IMG/VR virus record: IMGVR_UViG_3300037067_007633
Location: 64,001 to 128,000 of that record
Reading direction: 5' to 3' (one strand)
Length of the DNA stretch: 64,000 nucleotides
Source: a virus
Taxonomy: Duplodnaviria; Caudoviricetes
Positions within the stretch are counted from its first letter, which is position 1. Each line of letters opens with the position of its first letter. A program made the translations under genes and the position numbers. This document shows positions 39,649 to 48,769 of this stretch, one piece after another. The notes under the pieces are model-generated. The model worked only from the letters and a program-made list of their open reading frames with translations. It ran no database searches and was not told where the DNA came from.

Positions 39649-40383
39649 TTAGTTAATTACTCCAGAAATTTTTTCAATATCTTTTGGTGTATCTATTTCA
39701 ACTATTTTCATTCCGGTGGGTTCTTCTGCAACAATATTACCACCTTTTTCTATTACCTTATTTAGTATTTCATATCCATATAAATTGCTATAGTCTGAAT
39801 TCATTACCATTTGTTCAAATAAGAATAATTCTTTGTTTTGTAAAGAAACAATTTGTCCCCACTTGTTTGGTATATCATAAGCCAAACTTAAAACTTTATT
39901 GTCATTGTAAATTATTCCAACTGTATCTGTGTTTAATCTTTTATGGGTGTCTATTATTGTTTTTGATTCATTGACGGAAACAATATTGTTGATAGTTTCC
40001 CTATTAAAAACCAAATCTCCATATATAATAATTACGTTATCTCTTACGGATGAATATAGTCCTAACGCTATACTATATACTACATTAGTATTTTCATATT
40101 GATTATTTAATACAAATCTAACAGGATATTTTCTTTTTAATAATTTATAAATTTTATCAGCGTAAAATCCAATAGTAATAATAATTTCTGCATTAGGATA
40201 TAATTCAAGAATTAATCTAATTTGTCGTTCTATGAGTGTTTCGTTTGTATTTGAAATATCTATAAGAGCTTTAGCACCAACATATTTCATTCTTTTTCCT
40301 GCTCCAGCCGCAGGAATAATTACAGATATTTTTTCATTATGTATGTTATATATGGATTTAGCTGGTACTGTATAACTATTCAT
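39649..40383 (-). CDS. NTP transferase (LicC/sugar-phosphate nucleotidyltransferase-like)
   Basis: IIPAAGAGKRM, YENTN, IIYGDLVF, EIDTPKD. Confidence 0.85.
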   Translation of the reverse strand: MNSYTVPAKSIYNIHNEKISVIIPAAGAGKRMKYVGAKALIDISNTNETLIERQIRLILELYPNAEIIITIGFYADKIYKLLKRKYPVRFVLNNQYENTNVVYSIALGLYSSVRDNVIIIYGDLVFNRETINNIVSVNESKTIIDTHKRLNTDTVGIIYNDNKVLSLAYDIPNKWGQIVSLQNKELFLFEQMVMNSDYSNLYGYEILNKVIEKGGNIVAEEPTGMKIVEIDTPKDIEKISGVIN

Positions 40384-41167
40384 TATTAGTTAGTTGTCCT
40401 GATAATTTTTGTCGAATTCTATTCCAATTTTTATTCCACACAGCCTTGTCAACCGTAAAAGAAGAATTAAAGCCTGTAACTGTATAAATATGTAGTGGTT
40501 CTGGAATATGAATTGCTATAAATTGTCCAGTAATTCTTAACCACAAATCCCAATCTTCACAAGTTCTCATTTCTTCATCATACAAACCTACAGCTTGAAG
40601 AGCTTTTTTATTAATGATAGATGCACTTGGAATAATATCTTCTTGTTCTAATCTCAACCTATTAAAAGGTTCTCTAAGTTCTAAAATAGTTTTTCCACTT
40701 CTCGAATCATTAATTAGCACATCATTATATACTATACCAATATGAGTTAAATCTGTCTTCATCATTTCTACACAATAACTAAGTTTATTAGGTAGAAAAC
40801 GATCATCTGCGTCTAAAATAGCAAATATGTCTGTAATTTCAAATGTGGTTTTAATTGCTTTGTTTCTAGCTGCCGATGGACCCATTGGTTTATCATTATT
40901 TAAAATCATAACTGATAAATTGCCAAAAGTTCCAATAATAATATCTCTGTTTTCTTCTTCTATTTTAATAAGAGATTTAATTATTTCTAAAGAATTATCT
41001 GTAGATCCATCATTAACAATAACGGCAGACTTAAAAGGATATGTCTGTGTTTGTACTGACTCAAGACATTCTTTAATCATATTACCGTGATTATGACAAG
41101 CAATTACAACGGTAACTTTTATGTCATTAATACTTTTAGTGGTATTTTTTGTGATTGTTTGTTGCAT
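40376..41167 (-). CDS. glycosyltransferase family 2
   Basis: VVIACHN, VNDGSTD, GPSAARN, LDADD, EDWDLWLR. Confidence 0.92.
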   Translation of the reverse strand: MQQTITKNTTKSINDIKVTVVIACHNHGNMIKECLESVQTQTYPFKSAVIVNDGSTDNSLEIIKSLIKIEEENRDIIIGTFGNLSVMILNNDKPMGPSAARNKAIKTTFEITDIFAILDADDRFLPNKLSYCVEMMKTDLTHIGIVYNDVLINDSRSGKTILELREPFNRLRLEQEDIIPSASIINKKALQAVGLYDEEMRTCEDWDLWLRITGQFIAIHIPEPLHIYTVTGFNSSFTVDKAVWNKNWNRIRQKLSGQLTNNE

Positions 41168-41865
41168 TCTTTTTCCATAAATTTAATGTTGTTATTACAT
41201 AATTTAAACATTACTTTTTGTGCTATAAGAATATAATTTAAATCACCAGATAATAACAATATCTTCATTAAGTCATTAATATAGAAATTAATATTACTGA
41301 TCAAATTATGATTAAGATATATTCCAGCATTTATAAAAATAAAATATTGACCATTTAACCTGTTTGTGATTAAGGATAAACAGTCCTTTCTATCTAGATT
41401 TTCTTCTATTATTATTTCTAAAGTCCACTTATTTGTAAAATTAATATTAGCTATTGTTTGAATTTCACTAGGTTTAATGTTAGCTTTATTATTAATAATA
41501 ATTACTTTATTAGCAGTAATTTCAGAATAATTTATTGAAGATATTGTTTTCTCTAAATCATATTTAGTGTTTTTACTATCTAAATATACAATTACGTCGC
41601 ATTTTAATTTTGTTTCTTCTTTTAATTTTTCTAAAATTTTATCAGAATATAATTTAGCCCATTCTTTAGTTCTATGGCAAACGCATGTTTTAGATTTAAT
41701 AACAAAAAATTCTTTTTCATTATCATAAGCTTCTAAAATTTCTATATTTGCTTTGCGAAATTTGCTTAGTTTATCTAAGTTGCAATCTATTTGCGTATTT
41801 TTATCGTATTCCGCAAAACAACAATCTTTACAGGATGTATCCATTTTCTTTTCCTCTATATTCAT
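41119..41865 (-). CDS. hypothetical protein, Cys-rich N-terminus plus degenerate GT2-like domain
   Basis: CKDC...C...C-x-C, then LEKTISSI...KVIIINN...YFIFINAG lacking DxD. Confidence 0.45.
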   Translation of the reverse strand: MNIEEKKMDTSCKDCCFAEYDKNTQIDCNLDKLSKFRKANIEILEAYDNEKEFFVIKSKTCVCHRTKEWAKLYSDKILEKLKEETKLKCDVIVYLDSKNTKYDLEKTISSINYSEITANKVIIINNKANIKPSEIQTIANINFTNKWTLEIIIEENLDRKDCLSLITNRLNGQYFIFINAGIYLNHNLISNINFYINDLMKILLLSGDLNYILIAQKVMFKLCNNNIKFMEKECNKQSQKIPLKVLMT

Positions 41866-42055
41866 CTAAAAATTCTAATGCTTCAGTCCAATAACCAAAG
41901 GTATAAAACCATTGAAAGTTGGTTAAATTATTTGTTGTTCCCAAATTTTTCATATTTTCTGAAAATTCATCTAATGCTGCTTTAGTTTCTTTAACAAACT
42001 CATCAATCGTTAATGGTCCATGTTCAAACCATTCTCTTGGTCCTGGTTTTCCCAT
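41828..42055 (-). CDS. hypothetical protein (75 aa)
   Basis: Coupled ORF on the coding strand. Confidence 0.55.
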   Translation of the reverse strand: MGKPGPREWFEHGPLTIDEFVKETKAALDEFSENMKNLGTTNNLTNFQWFYTFGYWTEALEFLDEYRGKENGYIL

Positions 42056-42522
42056 TATATTCTTTGAGCCTCTACAATTACACTAGTATTATCAATCTTT
42101 TGTTTTAGTATTTTTAAGCCCTTAGATCTTAGAAATTCAATTATGGCAAACATTGACGGACACGAGGATTTATGAATAATTTCGTTTATAGAGAACAATC
42201 TCTTGTTTATTTCATCGTTATTTATTCGCCCACTACTATATTCATTTAATAGGATGTTGATATCATCTTCTATTATTATAATTTTCCCCCCAATACTCAA
42301 CTTAGCCAACCACTTATCAATTACTGAATATAACATAGTATAAGGAAAACATGGTAGAATATCCTCTATTAATATTTCTTCCGCTTCACCATTATCTACA
42401 TATTTATCTAGATTTAATGGATCACATTGTTTTGTATTTGCGGTTTCTATCTTAACTAATGGAAGCAAATTAAGATAGTTGTCTAGAATTTTTGCTGAAT
42501 TTGTTGTTAAATGAATTTTCAT
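42055..42522 (-). CDS. degenerate methyltransferase-like protein
   Basis: WLAKLSIGGKIII and HKS motifs of short MTases, no Gly-rich SAM loop. Confidence 0.45.
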   Translation of the reverse strand: MKIHLTTNSAKILDNYLNLLPLVKIETANTKQCDPLNLDKYVDNGEAEEILIEDILPCFPYTMLYSVIDKWLAKLSIGGKIIIIEDDINILLNEYSSGRINNDEINKRLFSINEIIHKSSCPSMFAIIEFLRSKGLKILKQKIDNTSVIVEAQRI

Positions 42523-42537
42523 ACTTTGTACTCCTTG

Positions 42538-42735
42538 TTATAATTTTTTATACCACAAACCGCACATATGTTTATTTTCAGTCTTACAAACAGGGCATTC
42601 TATAATTATATAATTATATTTATTATCACATAAGTTTGCTTCTTTTCCTTGAAATTCAAACTTTGTTCCACATGTTTCACATCGATGTTCAAATGTCATT
42701 TCTTCTCTATTCAACGCCTTTTTAATAATCTTCAT
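42538..42735 (-). CDS. zinc-ribbon protein
   Basis: CETC and CPVC. Confidence 0.6.
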   Translation of the reverse strand: MKIIKKALNREEMTFEHRCETCGTKFEFQGKEANLCDNKYNYIIIECPVCKTENKHMCGLWYKKL

Positions 42736-43108
42736 TTTTTGGGAGTCCTATTATATTTTTTCCTCGTTGTATTGATTTTCCTAATATCCAAATATATCCT
42801 GGGTTATTTTTTATATGTTGATATATATTAATATATCCAAGCGTATATGTTTCTTCATTTTCGTTTGTTAATAAAATACAAAGATTTTCATTTTTTGTAA
42901 TATTTAAAATTGTTATTTGACCTGGAGAATATTTTCCAAGTGTGTAAGGTTTACCGTCTTTTAAATAACGAATTAACAATGTATGATTCGTATCATTATA
43001 TATACCACATTTTTGATATTCCACTGGATAATAAATATAAAATATGGTGGCGACCGCAATACATGACAAAATAGCTGGAGATATTTTCAACAAAGTTTTC
43101 ATTTTCAA
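42722..43108 (-). CDS. membrane-anchored hypothetical protein
   Basis: N-terminal hydrophobic helix. Confidence 0.55.
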   Translation of the reverse strand: MKMKTLLKISPAILSCIAVATIFYIYYPVEYQKCGIYNDTNHTLLIRYLKDGKPYTLGKYSPGQITILNITKNENLCILLTNENEETYTLGYINIYQHIKNNPGYIWILGKSIQRGKNIIGLPKNEDY

Positions 43109-43114
43109 AATCCT

Positions 43115-43204
43115 TTATTTAAACAGATATACCAAAAACATAAATATAAGAATAATTTTTAACATTATTATTGTCGCAAAGTCAACTTCATCCATTTTAC
43201 ACAT
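43115..43204 (-). CDS. possible 29-aa single-TM peptide (not in ORF track)
   Basis: Hand translation MCKMDEVDFATIIMLKIILIFMFLVYLFK fills the gap. Confidence 0.35.
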   Translation of the reverse strand: MCKMDEVDFATIIMLKIILIFMFLVYLFK

Positions 43205-43206
43205 AT

Positions 43207-44220
43207 TTATTTAATAACCAACTTTAGAAGGTTATCCCATTCTTTTGTAAATCTTTCTTTAGAAAAGTCCGTCAACATTGTTTTTCTAGCATTTTCTCCA
43301 AGATGTTTATACTTGTTTGGATTTTTTAGAATGTCTACTAACATTTCTCTTGCTTCTCCAGGTCTATCTGGATTAAATAACAAACCATTTTCACCGTGTT
43401 TAATTACTTCTGGCAACATACATGTATTTGTGCTAACTACTATATTTCCACACGCCATTGCTTCCAAAACCACTGTAGGTATTGGGGAAATTAGAGAAGT
43501 GTTTAAAAATATTAAAGATTCATTGTAGGAATCTCTTAATTCTTCAATGTTTTTTGCCGCTTTGGATAAACCAGGAGTATTACCTAATACCTTAAACGGC
43601 AACTGTTCTTTAGATTGTGGTCTAATAATATTTGCCCATAACTGGAAACCACAAGGAATATTTCTATTTATCCAATCATTACACACTGATAATATTTGCG
43701 GTTTTCTTTCTATGTTTGATGGTCGAAAAAAATCGCTGTCAACACAATGTTTTATAACTTTAGCATTTGTATTATCCCATCCCCATTCTTTCCTATTAAA
43801 ATCCGATATAAATACTTGTTGCTTAATAACACTATCTAATTGTTCTCGATTTTTACGAAGTATATTTGGCGGAATTTTTTGTAATGGTAAAACGTGGAAT
43901 AAATTAATAATGGGAATATTATATTGTTGTTTTAGTTGTACGCATAGATTTATATGGGCAATATTTTGACATAAGATAGCGTCAAAATCTATATGTTTTG
44001 GAAGTTCGTTGCTGGGTAATAGGTAGTGATTGGTTGGCACTTTTCCATATTCATGATTCCATGGTTTAATATTATCTTTACTGTGGAACATATAAAAATT
44101 AGCATTTATATTATCCATACCCCCCTGATAGCGTTCGTGGATCGCCATAGTGAGTATATTATATGCTTCGTCATCTTGTTTTGTGGTTTTGCGAAGTATT
44201 GTACTAACGTGTTTATTCAT
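43207..44220 (-). CDS. glycosyltransferase family 4
   Basis: FLNTSLISPIPTVVLEAMACG, EVIKHGENGLL. Confidence 0.9.
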   Translation of the reverse strand: MNKHVSTILRKTTKQDDEAYNILTMAIHERYQGGMDNINANFYMFHSKDNIKPWNHEYGKVPTNHYLLPSNELPKHIDFDAILCQNIAHINLCVQLKQQYNIPIINLFHVLPLQKIPPNILRKNREQLDSVIKQQVFISDFNRKEWGWDNTNAKVIKHCVDSDFFRPSNIERKPQILSVCNDWINRNIPCGFQLWANIIRPQSKEQLPFKVLGNTPGLSKAAKNIEELRDSYNESLIFLNTSLISPIPTVVLEAMACGNIVVSTNTCMLPEVIKHGENGLLFNPDRPGEAREMLVDILKNPNKYKHLGENARKTMLTDFSKERFTKEWDNLLKLVIK

Positions 44221-44533
44221 TAATTTTCCCTATATTTATCATATCATTTTTTATTAATATAGAAGTTTTTAGTGGTATATAAATAAAAATACCGAGATAA
44301 GCATTATTATATGTATTTTCATCAACAATCCATTTATTATAATTACCCAAATGGTCTATAACTAATATATATTGTGTTGGTTTATTTATTGTTATTTCGT
44401 TATTTATTATTTTAAAAGTATTTACTGTAGTATTAATTTTTATTTTTGATTTTACAAAACCTTCATTGAGATTATAATAATTAGAACAACCAATTAATAA
44501 AGATGTTAACAATAATAATATAAAATATTTCAT
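44213..44533 (-). CDS. predicted lipoprotein
   Basis: MKYFILLLLTSLLIGC lipobox. Confidence 0.65.
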   Translation of the reverse strand: MKYFILLLLTSLLIGCSNYYNLNEGFVKSKIKINTTVNTFKIINNEITINKPTQYILVIDHLGNYNKWIVDENTYNNAYLGIFIYIPLKTSILIKNDMINIGKINE

Positions 44534-44706
44534 TTTCTTTTTCCTATTTCATAAAATAAATTATCTTCAACATTTACTTTGTAATGTCTATATCCAACCA
44601 ATTTGCTAGACTTAAATTCATGTATTTCAATTTCTTTTTGGTCTTGATAATTATTACAACCGACAGTTAATGAAAATGTCAACAATAAAAACATAAAATG
44701 CTTCAT
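44530..44706 (-). CDS. predicted small lipoprotein (58 aa, not in ORF track)
   Basis: Hand translation MKHFMFLLLTFSLTVGCNNYQDQKE...; ATGA overlaps at both ends. Confidence 0.65.
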   Translation of the reverse strand: MKHFMFLLLTFSLTVGCNNYQDQKEIEIHEFKSSKLVGYRHYKVNVEDNLFYEIGKRK

Positions 44707-44948
44707 TGTGGTAATGAATCTCCAGTATTTTTCCTATGTTGTCGTCTACTTTTTTGAATATCTGGTATTTCACAAATTGTAGAATATATTTTAGCTACAA
44801 CCCATCCGTCTACCCAACATCCATTTTCTGATTTAATTTTTAGTACAGTATTTAGTATAGCAAGTTTAGTTGGAATATAACAGGTTTGTGCAACTAAGCC
44901 AGATTGTAATCGTTGTTCTAATGTACACTGAGTATAAGTTTGCAACAT
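44703..44948 (-). CDS. hypothetical protein (81 aa)
   Basis: Coupled ORF on the coding strand. Confidence 0.55.
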   Translation of the reverse strand: MLQTYTQCTLEQRLQSGLVAQTCYIPTKLAILNTVLKIKSENGCWVDGWVVAKIYSTICEIPDIQKSRRQHRKNTGDSLPQ

Positions 44949-44949
44949 T

Positions 44950-45498
44950 TTAAATCTCCGTTTTGTTATTTCTTATTACTTGTCCTCTTAATATATCTAT
45001 AGCGTTTTTTGAACAATTTTTCCACGAATTTAACTGTTTCGACATTCTATCAATTACTGGTAATAGATCGCTCTGATTTGTAGCTATTGCACGTTCTTTG
45101 CAAACTTCTGGTGGAGTATCAACGATTAGATAATCCGCATTCGGATCAATATAAAGAAGTTCTTTAATATGTTCTAATAATGTGTTAGTTCCGTCTACTA
45201 TTACATCAAATCCTCTATTTAATAGGGATTTAATCATAACTTTTTGAATTGCGTGAATAAAACCCTCAGTATTAATATTAAATCGTTCACCAGTAAGAGC
45301 TAGGCGAATATCGTCAGAACAAACAATTACCCTTGGCGATTCTGAAAATATTTTAGTTAAACCTTTTCTATTATATGTGGAATTATTTGCAATATCTATT
45401 TTATAGTTTATCCAATCATTACAAATAGTTGACTTACCACTTCTTGGTGGTCCAATAGCAATTATTAATTTTCCTTTATTCATAATATTTAATTTCAA
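44950..45498 (-). CDS. P-loop kinase (AAA_33, polynucleotide-kinase-like)
   Basis: GPPRSGKS, SDDIR, VDGTN, PEVCKER. Confidence 0.8.
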   Translation of the reverse strand: MKLNIMNKGKLIIAIGPPRSGKSTICNDWINYKIDIANNSTYNRKGLTKIFSESPRVIVCSDDIRLALTGERFNINTEGFIHAIQKVMIKSLLNRGFDVIVDGTNTLLEHIKELLYIDPNADYLIVDTPPEVCKERAIATNQSDLLPVIDRMSKQLNSWKNCSKNAIDILRGQVIRNNKTEI

Positions 45499-45683
45499 GT
45501 CCTATATTCAACATTATTAGTTCCCAATAATACTTTTAATCTGTTTTGCAATTCTATTATTCTAGAACAATAAGTACAACATTTACTTTCTGATATATTT
45601 CCAACTACTAATCTACCATTACAGTAATGATTTTGTAAATCAAATAATTCGGCTTTTATTTTAGTTATTTCATCTATATTCAT
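45495..45683 (-). CDS. hypothetical protein (62 aa)
   Basis: Overlap-coupled ORF. Confidence 0.5.
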   Translation of the reverse strand: MNIDEITKIKAELFDLQNHYCNGRLVVGNISESKCCTYCSRIIELQNRLKVLLGTNNVEYRT

Positions 45684-46795
45684 ACTAATAAGTCTTTCAT
45701 AATTTGTCCAACTTTCGCGTAAGCGAAATCATATCTACGATTAATACATGCTTCTCTTTTTTGTTGATATAACTCTTTATTTTCATAAGCTTGTCTCATT
45801 GCATTACGTAGCAAATTAATATCAATAGAAGCCCACTTTTCATTTCCGCAATATAGTTGAGGAAATTGTTGGGTCATTCCATAAACTGGCTCTAATTGAT
45901 AATCTATTAACCAACCACAATCATTAGATTTAAAACCGTTTATTAAAAAATCGTATGGACCACCTATTCGTGTAGCAATAACAGGATTACCAAATCCCAT
46001 ACTATCAAAAGCTTCCAAGTTCCAACTTTCCCCATAAGAAGGGGAAACAAAACAATTACAAGATTGGTGCAAAGCACTTAATTGTTCTTCTGATAGAAAC
46101 GCGGAAATTATTACTTCTCGACTTTTTTGATTTAACTTTAGATTTTTTCTTACATCGTTACAAAATTCCAACATGTTTTTTCCAGCTTGTTCTGGACTAC
46201 ATCCAGGTTGATTAATTTTTAACAATAAAGAAACTGGATCACTGATGTTAAATTCTAAATAGAAAGCTTCTACTAATGCTTTCAAGTTTTTCCTTGGTTG
46301 ATTTTCTCCTATAAAATAAAATACGAATTTATCTTGTATTTCGGGAATTTTTAGTTTAGGATAAGTTTTTTCATACTTTGTTGTATCACACGGAATAGGA
46401 ACAATTTTAATAGGAACTTTTACTTGGGATTTGATTGCGGCGTCTTTCATTTGATCACAAGTTACCCAGACTTCATCCATTAAGTTAAGGTGATACTGCC
46501 AATTAGAATTTCTAAAATGGTCGGTTTCTGAATAATAAATTCCAATATTCTTTTTGAAGTTCCCATTGTATTCCATTTGCCAGGGGAGAACGTGTTGAAT
46601 TACAACATTACAATCTTTCTCTGATTGTTTTTCAAGCTCTAAAATTCTTTGTGGAACTTCTGCTTGAATATTGTTTAATTTAATAAAACGAGGAACTACG
46701 GAAATTCCTACGGAGTCTAAAGCTAGTATGTTATGAATACTAGAATTTCCCCAACCGGTCCCGTCTTTTCCGTTGCACACATAAAGTATTTTCAT
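45680..46795 (-). CDS. glycosyltransferase family 4
   Basis: RKNL, FVSPSYGESWNLEAFDSMGFGNPVIAT. Confidence 0.9.
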   Translation of the reverse strand: MKILYVCNGKDGTGWGNSSIHNILALDSVGISVVPRFIKLNNIQAEVPQRILELEKQSEKDCNVVIQHVLPWQMEYNGNFKKNIGIYYSETDHFRNSNWQYHLNLMDEVWVTCDQMKDAAIKSQVKVPIKIVPIPCDTTKYEKTYPKLKIPEIQDKFVFYFIGENQPRKNLKALVEAFYLEFNISDPVSLLLKINQPGCSPEQAGKNMLEFCNDVRKNLKLNQKSREVIISAFLSEEQLSALHQSCNCFVSPSYGESWNLEAFDSMGFGNPVIATRIGGPYDFLINGFKSNDCGWLIDYQLEPVYGMTQQFPQLYCGNEKWASIDINLLRNAMRQAYENKELYQQKREACINRRYDFAYAKVGQIMKDLLV

Positions 46796-47581
46796 TTAAT
46801 TTAATATGCTCTTTAAATTTGAATAAAGTGTATGAGGATTATTTTCCGATAAACCGCTCATTGATCCATCATTAATTTCAATTAATATCCATTTACCTTC
46901 TACGGTTTCTGCAACATCTAAAACAAAAAAGTTAGTATATTGAGATGCTATTTTAGCTATTTTTTGTGCAAATTCTATTGCTTTTGGTGAAATCTGATTA
47001 GGAATATATTCTGATATTGACCAGTAATATCCATATGAAAGTAAATGGTTTTTGTAAAAGAAAAATCTCCACTCGTTAGCAAAAGGTAATCCATTTAAAC
47101 CAACTTCATATGTTAATAACGGATAATATTTACGATATAAAACTCCTTGAGTTGCTATTAGTTCATCATTCATTAATTCACAACCAATTTTTAAAGCATC
47201 AATTTTGGTTTTTGCAAACATATGAGTATTCCATCTATATTTGCGTGAATTAGTTTTTCCTTTAACTACAAATGGTCCATCATATTTACAATAACGAATT
47301 GTTTCATCATCCCATGTTTCTGGTGTGTATTCTTTAAGTACATTATAATATTCAAAATCAGCAATCCACTTGTGTTGTTTATATGAATTTAATAAATAGG
47401 CGAGATTTTTATCTAAATCATATACTAATTCTTTATAAAATGGTAAAGTAGAATATCTTCCTATTACTGTAGAGTGCCGTGGTATATCACTACGTTGGGT
47501 ATATACATCAAAGTATTTTTGTGCTATTTCGTATTCGCCGTCATCAGCTAACGATTTTCTAAATAATATACAAGTGTTCAT
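46796..47581 (-). CDS. ATP-grasp domain protein (R2K/DUF4343-like)
   Basis: FVVKG, NEWRFF, FFVLDVA...WILIEINDGSMSGL. Confidence 0.75.
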   Translation of the reverse strand: MNTCILFRKSLADDGEYEIAQKYFDVYTQRSDIPRHSTVIGRYSTLPFYKELVYDLDKNLAYLLNSYKQHKWIADFEYYNVLKEYTPETWDDETIRYCKYDGPFVVKGKTNSRKYRWNTHMFAKTKIDALKIGCELMNDELIATQGVLYRKYYPLLTYEVGLNGLPFANEWRFFFYKNHLLSYGYYWSISEYIPNQISPKAIEFAQKIAKIASQYTNFFVLDVAETVEGKWILIEINDGSMSGLSENNPHTLYSNLKSILN

Positions 47582-47922
47582 TTATCAAAACAACTTTTGG
47601 GTTTTACTATTTGTATATAGTTACATACTTTTGATAATTCTGTTTCATCTAAGTATTCATAACATCCATCTGTATCATTTTTATTACTTTTATAGTCTGT
47701 ACATACCACATCAATACAATTTGTTCCAGCTTGTACAATTATATTTGGAAATATTGCTTTTCCATATTTTTTTGTAATTTCTTCTTGTTCTTCTATTATT
47801 TTTTGATCAAATGATACCGATATCCAATAACTTCTTTTAAAACAATCTCTTTGTTTCCAAAAACACAAATTATTTTTACATTGTTCTGTTAAGTGACACT
47901 GAAACTGAAACAATAAAGCCAT
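47578..47922 (-). CDS. hypothetical protein
   Basis: 114-aa Cys-containing ORF. Confidence 0.5.
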   Translation of the reverse strand: MALLFQFQCHLTEQCKNNLCFWKQRDCFKRSYWISVSFDQKIIEEQEEITKKYGKAIFPNIIVQAGTNCIDVVCTDYKSNKNDTDGCYEYLDETELSKVCNYIQIVKPKSCFDK

Positions 47923-48001
47923 TTTTACAACCTATTTATAATTCTTCGTTTATTTTTATTACTTTTGTTTTTAAATTAATATTTTCATCATCGTTTGAAT
48001 A

Positions 48002-48769
48002 TCATATTTTCTTTCCAAATAAATAGTAAACTTTAGTGGGATAAAACACCTTATTTAATCTTTCATTCTCTATTAATTGCCACTCCACATTCTTTTTGTG
48101 ATACATTAATTCTTGAAAGTAATCATAGTTGTGAATAATATCTTCAAACGACGAAGAAAAACCAATTAAATACCTTTCAGCGTCAACTTTGTCAAAAATT
48201 TCATTACGTTCATCATAAGGCATTTCACTAATAGACCATGTTCCTATTAATAAATCTACTTTTGTAGTTTCTATCTTGGTGTGCCACTTGACTCTGTTAT
48301 CTAACTTATGATAACCTAAGTAATATTTTGATATTTCGCAAACTTGTGGTAGATCTAAAATATGATATTGTCCTGGAATTCCAAGTTTACTTAAAATAAT
48401 TCTAGCTAAATTTCCATATCCGGCACCTACTTCATAAATATCATAAATATCTTTAAATAAATCGCAATGTTTTATAAACTGATAAAGATGATAGGCATTA
48501 TGAACGGTATTACCACTTGTAAACTCAAACTTTGGAAGTAGTAAGTGTTCTGGTAAAAATGTTGTTTCTAAAATTCTGTTATGCCAACCGTCTTTTTCTA
48601 ACTCTTCAAGTTCTTCATAAACAAAAGATTGGGTTCCGGTAAACATGGTCATGTGAATAGAATTCCATTCTAGAAATCTTTCTATTCCATATGTATTTTT
48701 ACAAATTTCTATATCGTTAGATATTGATTTCCAAAATTTATGCATTTTAAAATTCCTCCCTTTTCGCAA
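48002..48769 (-). CDS. putative sugar O-methyltransferase
   Basis: YEVGAGYGNLA, ILDLP, TWSISEM; probable start ATG 48745. Confidence 0.75.
   Translation of the reverse strand: MRKGRNFKMHKFWKSISNDIEICKNTYGIERFLEWNSIHMTMFTGTQSFVYEELEELEKDGWHNRILETTFLPEHLLLPKFEFTSGNTVHNAYHLYQFIKHCDLFKDIYDIYEVGAGYGNLARIILSKLGIPGQYHILDLPQVCEISKYYLGYHKLDNRVKWHTKIETTKVDLLIGTWSISEMPYDERNEIFDKVDAERYLIGFSSSFEDIIHNYDYFQELMYHKKNVEWQLIENERLNKVFYPTKVYYLFGKKI

Noticed and set aside
47936-48004. 21 open codons in frame after the TGA of the sugar O-methyltransferase (possible readthrough)
   Set aside because: Short AT-rich open stretches arise by chance, and there is no motif or signal supporting readthrough.
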